From NCBI RefSeq assembly GCF_036321535.1, contig NC_087437.1:108998001-109062000 (forward strand): a stretch of 64,000 bases of DNA. The letters run 5' to 3'. Positions 55,601 through 64,000 of this stretch are shown one piece after another. Numbering within the stretch: position 1 is the stretch's first letter; each line of letters opens with the position of its first letter. The position numbers and the translations under genes are program-made. This DNA is from Camelus dromedarius. Lineage: Eukaryota. Below the pieces are notes generated by a model, which worked only from the letters and a program-made list of their open reading frames with translations, was not told the DNA's origin and searched no databases.

Positions 55601-57282
55601 TAAATAAGATAATGACTGACAAGTCCATAATATTCAGTAAACTATTGGTATGAGCCAATTGTGGTTGCTAGCTCGTATTTTCATAACATAGTCATATTCC
55701 ATTGAGATGTAACAGCCCTTTAAGAGCCAGGTAGCTGCCAAATATGTTAAATAAATAAAATACTTCATTGTTTCTTAAATTCTTTGTAGTAAGAAAGTGT
55801 AACAGTGGAATCTGTTATTCTTGTTTTGGTTCTGGAGCTTGGATCTCCTGTGTTTCTTCTTTCTTTCCTTTATTCCCTTCCAAGCTATTTTAAACTTATT
55901 ACCCAGAATGAACAAATTTGGATTTGTTAATTTGGGAAGTTAAAAAAAACAAAACAAAACTTTGTTTTGGATCTCTTGGTGAATCTGTAAACAATTTCTT
56001 CAAACTTCCCTAAACATTAAAACTTCTCTCTTCCAAGTACAACTTTAGCTTCATAATTTCAGATATGGAATTAGATCAAGTAAATATAACGAAAGATCCA
56101 TGATTACATATATAACTTTTAATAATAGGTAAAGTAAATGGGAAAAAGAAATCCAGTTTTCCCTGTGTGGAGACTCACATATGTTGTAATAATCATGAGT
56201 TGCAAAAATTGTAGTGCTTCCCCCAGCCCTCCACCTCCATTGTTAAAAAGCTGTAACATCTTTAGTTACATAAACATAGATTTGCCAGGTCGTTTTTCCA
56301 TATATCACCGTAAAAGTCCTTAAACACAATGTTTTTGGTGCTGCTTGCTGTAGCACCAGTGCTGCTTATGTTAATTCAAACTTTTGTTGTTTTCTGTTTT
56401 CATTCAGCTTTTTTTTTTGGTCTGTGCATCCATGTTCCTTATTCAGTCATACTCAAAAATTTTTTTTCATAAGACTGAGAGAAGCTTGTTTAGAAAATGT
56501 GATTATCAGATACAGTGTTTAAACAACTGTGATATTTAAGGTCTGTAAATGGTTAAAGAAAATAGCAAGTCTTGGTCGCTGAGTTATTCTTACTGGCTTT
56601 TCCTGGCAGGTGAGTCAGTTCTTAGAACATTGGAAGAATGCTGACTTAAGTTATTGCCTCTGTTTTCAATTCCCACAGATTTTTTTTTTTTTGGATGTTT
56701 AGATTCTTTCAGAATTGGGAATGGTAACAAGAAAAACCCTATCTGTAAAAAGATTCTGCCCTGTGGGCATCTCTACCTTAAATTAAAAACAAAAACAAAA
56801 ACAAAAAACAATTTTTTTAAAAGGCCCTTAAAACACAAAAGACTAAAGATATAAACACATGCTACTGTTGGGTCTTTGCCATCCACTTGAAAAGTAGAAG
56901 ATAATGCTCACCTAATTTCAGGACACTTAAACTCTGGGTTATCTTAGGTATATTGTAACAGGATCTGGCTTATAAGATTTTGAAGCTAAGGAGGGAGCCA
57001 AGAAGGGTGACATGATATGAGGAATTTTCCTGTCTTCTGAGCCACTGAAAACCCTGCCCTGAAATGGGATGGGGCAAAAGTAATTGACAGGGTGATGGAG
57101 GTGTTGGCAGTCAGAAGCAGTAAGGAGAAAAAGGCAGAAATTCCAAAAGGCCACTAGAAAGAAGGGGAAGACAAGTTCTGAGGAACTCAACCAGACTGCA
57201 GGTGGAGGGCACGCTTTAATATAAAGGCCATGACTTTTGTGCCATTTCTGATGTCCAGGGTCACAGATCGCTCACACCCAAC

Positions 57283-57285
<3 letters not shown>

Positions 57286-57319
<34 letters not shown>
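57286..57319 (+). repeat. (AC)17 microsatellite
   Basis: Perfect AC dinucleotide run. Confidence 0.97.
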
Positions 57320-57323
<4 letters not shown>

Positions 57324-58709
57324 GGCTAACAGAACTGTTTTGAAAATAGTTGTTCTCATTAATAGACAACTATGGTTAAATGAGAATTGACCAGAAAGTA
57401 GTTTTTCATTTGAAGTCTTACTGCAAATACCTTCAGGAATGTCCACATTTCTGTGTACATTGGTAATAATGATCATTGTCATCTCTTTCACCCCAAAGTG
57501 TCATTTTCATTTTGAACATCTCTAGGTTACGTTCTTCTTGAATATAGGGACTGTCTTTTGTTTGTGTCTTTGTGGCACCTAGGCTTTTGTGTGGTGCGGG
57601 TAGGCAGTTGTAGAAAGAGCGCTTGTTGTTGTTCAGTGAAGATAAAGAATGTTTGGATGATACTCTTTTCCTTTTAAACTAGTCCTTGGTGTTAGATTAC
57701 TCTGTGTGTCTTTTTTACATTGAGAGTTAAAAAGCAACAAAGTCCTGTGAGACTTAGGTGAGTATAATTCCAGCTCTTTGGTACCCATGGAACTCCATCC
57801 TCATTCTGAATTTCTGTTACGAAGAATTGTAGGTCTGGCTCGAATATTCACCTCATGATTTTAAGTTTTTTTTTTTTTTTTATAAATTATCCTTAAAATT
57901 ATTAAAATATGATAAAGCCACCATATCTTGTTTCATTTTTTAAAAAATGATTTTGAAACCAAAAACATCAAGTTTTTTAGACATCAAGTGTATTAAAACT
58001 TAAGTTGTGTATATTGGACAGAGAGCAGAAGTTATTTCCAAACTGAGGTGCAGGAAGCTTTAAAATGCCTGTTCATCCTTTATCAGCATTACTGAATGAA
58101 TCAGCAATTTGCTTAGGTCAGTGAACCTTTGTTTTGAATTATGACAATAGTTTCTGTTTCCAAGAATATAGAAAAAATTCAGGTGTAACACGGGAATCTA
58201 AATTTGGTGTTAATAAATTAACAGAATTTTAGGTATGGAAGGCTCCGTGGGAGTGTCATATGTTACTTTTTAGGTTTGAGAAATGTTAGAAGGTGACTGA
58301 GATACTAGAAGGTTGTGTCCCATTCTTACTGACTTAGTCATCACTTAATGTGATTTGATCAAAATGGACTACTGACCATTTAGACGGTTTTCAGAATTAG
58401 GAAAACTGAATTTCAGAATTACCTTCTGTAGTGCTCTGTGCTAATGAGGTCAGGGTTGAGTGGTTGTATTGGCTGTGTTGATAGTTGTCAACCTTTGCTC
58501 TTCTCTGGCCACTTGCCCTGCAGGTGTTTCTAGGTCCCAGAGCTGGGCTCCCTTTTGCTCCTGCTGACTCTGGAAAAGCTAACCAAGAACTGTTCTCTGA
58601 GTACTTGGCTCAGTGGCATTGTTTCCTTGTATATTGAAATAGCTGACTGTGCTGTGTTTGGAAGAAGATGTAGATGATCTGGGTTTTAGATTTATACTAA
58701 AAATCCCAA

Positions 58710-59830
58710 GTCATTCATTCAGAAGCAAGTACCTCCATTAGGGCAGGTCCTCTGTTATACGCTTGAGCTGTGGCAGAGAACAAGCCAGGAAAGGTTTTGA
58801 CATTTAAGCGAAACCTAAAAGGTGAGGAGTTAGCTAGCTGAAGAGTAGAAGTCCAGAGACTGGGTGCAGCATGTGCAATGGTCCTGAGGTCAGAAGGACC
58901 TTAATGCCTGTGGGGCAGGAAGGAAGGATGGCCAGGCTGGAGAACAAGAGAGGGAGACAGAGGCTTTAGAGGAGGCTGGGTTAAAAGATAGAAAACATGC
59001 CCATTACAGGTCTGGAGGACATGCTAAGGATTTAGAATTAATCATAAGAAATTCAGAATTTATTGTGGGGTTTTTAGCAAGAGACATAACTTTGATATAG
59101 GGGAATGAATTGGAAGGGACCAAAAGGGGCTTGAAGGGAATCAGGCTTTTGTTATTTTTATCGTCGTCATCATTAATAGCAGCTAATATTTATTACTTCT
59201 TTGTTATGGGGCAGAGACTTTGCTCAACCATTTACCCTTACTGTCTCATGTCGACCTCAACAACCCCAGCGAGGTGCTCTTATTATCCTTGTTTTACAGA
59301 TGAGAAAACCAAGACCCAACCCAGTGAGGTTAAACAGGTTGCCAGGATCATATAGCTAGTAGGTGGCAAAGGTGGGATTTGAATCTGGGCACTGTATGAT
59401 TCTGGACCCTGTTCTGTTAGCCAGTGGGCTTGTGTTTTCAGTATATGAGGTGATGGGCCACTATTGATTCTTGAAATTGAGTGGATCGCAACTGGAATTT
59501 TTTTTTTTTTAAATGGAACAGAGTAGAAATTAGAGTACTTTGCACTAGTAAGGTAAAATGTTGACAGGTGAAACTTTGTTTCTCTCTTTGTTTTATGTAG
59601 CTGTATTTGTACACATGTGAGCTTGTAAGCCATTGCAAGAGGCTAAGTAGCATTTGTCCAGGCTAGAGCCAGTGGTGGCTTAGACTAGAAGTGTAGCCGT
59701 GCAGATGGAGAGAAGTGGGTCTTAGTTGTAAGAGGCAGAGGCACCAGGTCTCGATAAGAAATTGGATCTGGGGCCAAGTGTGGGAGATGTCAGGGGTGAG
59801 TCCCGGGTTTCTGGTGGGAGCAAGATCAGT
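58710..59830 (-). mobile_element. LINE-2 fragments with an intervening MIR (~59165-59420)
   Basis: cattcattca...gcagcatgtgcaatggtcctgagg...gatggagagaagtgg (L2) and ttttacagatgagaaaacc (MIR). Confidence 0.65.
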
Positions 59831-60204
59831 CCACTCTAAGGGAGACTGACCCTTCCTAGAGCGGTCCTCCCAGGTGGCTGTTCTACCACCGAATTATCTA
59901 GCATCTCTCGGCTGCAGCTGATGGGACTTGGGGTTGGCATGCATATGACTCAAATCTGTAAGCTGGCCATGAATTTAGGAGACAACTTGTCATCCAAACT
60001 GCCTAAACAGAGGGGTTGAGCCAAGAATAAATTCTCTCTTAAATTTGAGGTGAGCAGTGAGCAAACTGGTGGCAGCAGATCGCACGAACCTATGTGGGCG
60101 AACAGCAGCTCTGGAGTGATGGTATGGCAACTGGTCTTTTTTTGTATTATGTAAACATATCGCTCCATTTATTTAGGTGTTCTTCAGTGTCTTTCAATAC
60201 AGTT

Positions 60205-60857
60205 TTTTTAAATTGAGGTAAAATTGGTACATTAACATCATATAACTTTCAGGTGTACACCAGTATAATTCTACATCTGTGTGCATTACAAAGTGATTAC
60301 CACCTGTCACTATCCATGCATTTGACCCCTTTCACTCATTTTGCCCACTCCTGACCCCATTCGCTTCTGGTAACCACCAGTCTGTTCTCTGTATGTATGA
60401 ATTTTGTTCTGTTTGTTTTGTTTCCTTTTAGACTCCACGTATGAATGAGAGCGTACGGAATCTGTCTTTCTCCACCTGACTTATTTCACTTAACATTATG
60501 CCCTCAAGGTCCATCCGTGTTGTCGTAAATGGCAAGATTTCTTTCTTTCTTTTTTTTTTTTTTTAATGGCTGAGTAGGATTCTGTTGTGTATACATATCA
60601 CATCTTCTTTCATTCATTCATCCACTGCAGGACATTTGTGTTGTTTCCATATCTTGGCTGTTGTAAATAATGCTACAATGAACATAGGGTGTGTATATCT
60701 TTTCAAATTAGTGTTTTTGTATTCTTTGGATAAACACCCAGAAGTGTTAATGATTTGATCATATGGTAGTTCTGTTCTTAGTTTTTTGAGGATTCTTCCC
60801 ATTGTTTTCCATAGTGGCTTCACCAATTTACATTCCCACCAACAGTGGACGAGGGTA
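60205..60857 (-). mobile_element. LINE-1 3' end (L1MA-like)
   Basis: Minus-strand ORF KPLWKTMGRILKKLRTELPYD...PMFIVALFTTAKIWKQHKCP is L1 ORF2. Confidence 0.9.
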
Positions 60858-62544
60858 AGATTGGTATGGTTTTAAGGGTGGGCAAGGCAGATGCCAGGAG
60901 AGAATAGAAGGCCAGGGACTTGGATGCAGGGACAGAGCAAGGCAGGTGGTCAGCTGTTGAGTCTGGCGTGGCTGGAGGGTGTCTGGTCTTAGGGAAGGTG
61001 GAGGACAGTGGTCTGTGTGGCACCCCCCACACAAGGCACGTATTTCTTTGAATGGTGGTTCCTCCCCACTATTCCTAACACCAGTTCCTTGTGTTGATAA
61101 CTGAAATATTAAGACTGACTGCCAAAGGGAATTTGCTGCTCTTTCATATGGGTGCAAACCCAAAGTTGAGTTAGTCCTAGTGCATGATTTTGGAGTGGCC
61201 ATGATTTCAGGTGGTATGCTGAATCAGGAAATGATAGGTTGTGATTCTTAACCCTGGGTAGAGTTTAACCACAGAGTGAGAGATTTTATTTTCGTTGACT
61301 GTTTCTGAGGAACTCAGCTATAATGAGCACCTTAAAAATAAACACATAAGTAGAATAGAATTCATAGATGCATACCACGTGTCTGTGACTATAACACCCT
61401 GTCTCTGAGGTGGAATTCACCCGTGATCTGGGCCTGGTCTGTCTGAATGTTAGTAGTTCCTGTTTCTCCTTTCATTTTTGTTTGGAGTGTAGTGAATCTG
61501 AAAACAGTAACATTTATTCAGTCACCGAACATTTGAGGACCTTCACATTTCAGGCAGTGAGTAAGGTGTCAGAAGAACAGAAGTGACACAGGGATGACCT
61601 CTGAAGCTGTGAGGAGCTTCTCAGCCTCCCTCATCGTGATTGCCATGCCCTGGTGGGTCTGCATGTACCCGGGGGTGCTCACTGCTGGCCATTGTGGTTT
61701 GGGAGAAAATACTAGAACTTCTCTTTTTAGCCTCTGACTTTCAGCCTCTGTGTTTTGTAATGTATGTAATATGTAAGACTAGTACATGTCTGAAATATGT
61801 AGACAAACATGCAGACGTTGGGGCTGCCTTTTTTTGTCAGTAGTGTGTATCTGATCAAAAAATGTTTGGAGGCTACTATATGTTTGTATGCATTTTTAAA
61901 AATAGACATTTTGGATAACTTTCTCTTAGGTTTTAACATTTTGAGAAAACCAAGAGTTTCTACCTGTGACAAACCTTGTTCTTAATGATGGAGTAGTCAT
62001 ACTTGTAGCCTACGTTTTGTAGTGTAAAGTAAGACTTGTGATGTAAAACGAGACTTATCACTAAGATCTGGCCTGGCACATTTGAGTCTGTCAAGGAAGT
62101 CATTTTCTTCTTGTTGGAGGAACTTTACCGTTTGTAGAATGTGTCCCTTGTTCTGAAGCAGCAAGGCCTCCGACCAGCTGCCAGAAGTTGGGGAATAGGG
62201 CATGGAGAATGGTGGGGTGCCGTATGCCAGTTGCCCTGCTCAACCCCATCCCGAAGTGTGACCTCTGGTGACCTATACACATGCCCATTAACATCTTATA
62301 GTGCCCAGGATGGGGATGCCACCCAGAAATTTCTCAGCCCCCATCTCTTTGCTCATTAGAGGTGAATTTCTCAGTATGGTGTGTCTCATTTTCAGAGAGC
62401 CATGAAGTCCTTGCTTCAACAAGGTCTTCCCTCCTTCACCCTCCCTCTTTACCAAGAACCTTTTTTCCCTAAAATTAGAAAAACTGCTCTGAAGAATCCA
62501 TTTTAAATCAGGTAAACTGAATAAATACTTCCAGGTGCTCTATT

Positions 62545-62861
62545 TTTTAAAATTTATTTTTATTAATTTTTTTTTCCTCTTCCCTTTTTTTTAATTGAAG
62601 TGTAGTCAGTTTACAATGTTGTATTCATTTCTGGTGTACAACGTAGTGACATAGTCATACATACATACATACATATATGTTCCTTTTCATATTATTTTTC
62701 ATTATAGGCCATTACAAGTTATTGAATATGTTCCCTGTGCTATAAAGTAAGACCTTGTTTATCTATTTTATATGCAGTAGGACCTTGTCGTTTATCTATT
62801 TTATATACAGTAGTTAGTATCTACAAATCTATTTTCTATACGGTAGTTAGTATCTACAAAT
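62545..62861 (-). mobile_element. L1 3' tail with internal tandem duplications
   Basis: T-tract plus attgaagtgtagtcagtttacaatgttgt...ttccctgtgctata; ends about 140 bp before the exon 2 acceptor. Confidence 0.8.
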
Positions 62862-62998
62862 GTTTCTGGGCTCTCTAGAGGCCTGTTTTCAGTTCTGTCT
62901 TAGTGGTGAGTATTTTAATTTATATTTGCCAGTGTCACGTTTTATAAGCCTATTCCCCAAAGTTTTCTGTGAGTGAACCCTGGCCTGTGTCTTCGCAG

Positions 62999-63058
62999 GG
63001 TTGATGACACGCAGAAGCATGCTCTCTCGGACCTCCCCGGCGCCACCTGCCACGCAGA
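62999..63058 (+). other. BACH1: BACH1 exon 2, 5'UTR portion
   Basis: Acceptor tgtgtcttcgcAG at 62997-62998, then GGTTGATGACACGCAGAAGCATGC...GCAGA|ATG, which resembles the recalled human exon 2 UTR (GTTGATGATAATTAGAAGCATGC...GCAGAATG). Confidence 0.8.
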
Positions 63059-63304
63059 ATGTCGCTGAGTGAGACCGCGGTGTTCGCGTACGAGTCCTCG
63101 GTGCACAGCGCCCACTTGCTGCTCAGCCTGGACGAGCAGCGCCGCAAGGACGTGCTGTGCGACGTCACGGTAGTGGTGGAGGGCCGGCCCTTCCGCGCCC
63201 ACCGCGCCGTGCTGGCCGCCTGCAGCGGCTACTTCCACTCCAGGCTCGCGGGCCAGGGCCAGGGCCAGGAGGACGCCGGGCTGCGCATCACTCTGCCCGA
63301 AGAG
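63059..63304 (+). CDS. BACH1: BACH1 (BTB and CNC homology 1) first coding exon, residues 1-82, N-terminal part of the BTB/POZ domain; the gene continues beyond the window
   Basis: Translation [82 protein letters not shown] matches the BACH1 N-terminus as recalled ([37 protein letters not shown]...FRAHRSVLAACSSYF...ITLPEE). Phase-0 donor GAG|GTGGGA at 63304/63305; similarity stops there; 246 nt = 82 codons. Confidence 0.96.
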
Positions 63305-64000
63305 GTGGGAGAGGGTGCCGCGATTCCAGTTCAATCTGAGTTACATCTCTTGCGGTTAATCAGTATTCTAAAGATAAAACGCGGTCTCCTTGTCATCAGG
63401 CTGAAAAGTTCCCGGGTTCTGCATCAGCACATTTCTTTAACTTTCTTCATAGGCATGATGGGTATGATGGATTACGGGTAAAATGATTCACTTTGGATGT
63501 TAGTTAACAGTATTGATGAGCAATTGAATATCTTGACCCCTTGTTAGACTGTTTTTGATGAAATGACCCAGCCAGTGGATTACAGACATTGAAGTGGTCA
63601 CACTCGGAGGGGCCACACTCTGTGCCAGCCCCTCCCTTTGGACACTTTTCCTGTGTTGGGAAACTGACTGGGGTTAGGGTTCTCCAAAGCATCCAATTCT
63701 CTAAGAGGTGCCCTCATGGAAAGTAGGTGGTCCACAAGTGTTTCCTTTCTCCCCCCTTTCTTCTTTCTGTGCAGCTCTGCATTGGTAGAAAAAAGGTGAT
63801 TTTGTGTCATATTTTAGAGCCTTGTTCTTTTAAAAAAAAATTTTATTTCTATAGAGCCTTGTTCTTACACACCTTTTGAAGGCCCACCAGCCTGTTGTGG
63901 AGCGTTAGGTCCAGAACTTTAGGTCCTTATTATGGTCCTGCCTCCAACAAACCTCTCTCTGGGCAAGACTACTGGGTACACTGACTCAACTCTTTTTTGT

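Noticed and set aside
60858..61070. G-rich segment abutting the 5' end of an L1, considered as a captured or templated insert
   Set aside because: Looks like a degraded L2-type or ordinary intronic sequence; no TSD or poly(A) evidence for capture.
62942..63334. 130-aa antisense ORF over BACH1 exon 2
   Set aside because: Expected by-product of ~95% GC3 on the sense strand, which removes antisense stops; no independent support.
63305..63481. Extension of the BACH1 ORF to 140 aa
   Set aside because: BACH1 similarity and GC content fall at the GAG|GT donor; this is intron 2 read-through.

Overview
Mammalian genomic DNA, very likely camelid (alpaca/llama/camel), judged from tRNA-Ala-derived vic-1-type SINEs and camelid-like L1 3' ends. 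The first ~40 kb is repeat-rich intergenic DNA (L1, L2, MIR, MaLR/ERVL solo LTRs, hAT and Tigger MITEs) with no credible protein-coding gene. The rest is the 5' part of BACH1 on the + strand: a CpG-island/GC-box promoter (~41.2-42.5 kb), a non-coding exon 1 ending at 41694, a probable alternative first exon ending at 42242, a ~21.3 kb intron 1 with a perfect MARE/ARE, and coding exon 2 (62999-63304; ATG at 63059, N-terminal BTB domain). I found no novel multi-gene system. The most interesting signals: (i) exon 2 is an extremely GC-shifted island (78/82 codons end in G/C) with many substitutions and a GQGQ insertion in a normally conserved BTB domain, suggesting GC-biased gene conversion; (ii) an out-of-frame uORF overlaps the BACH1 start, and an alternative acceptor could remove it; (iii) a probable L1 3' transduction at 26.25-28.1 kb; (iv) a recursive-splice-like CAG|GTGAGT site in intron 1; (v) a pure-purine 20-bp tandem repeat next to the TSS. 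Repeat-family names and human comparisons are from recall of consensus sequences, not from a search, and most repeat boundaries are approximate.
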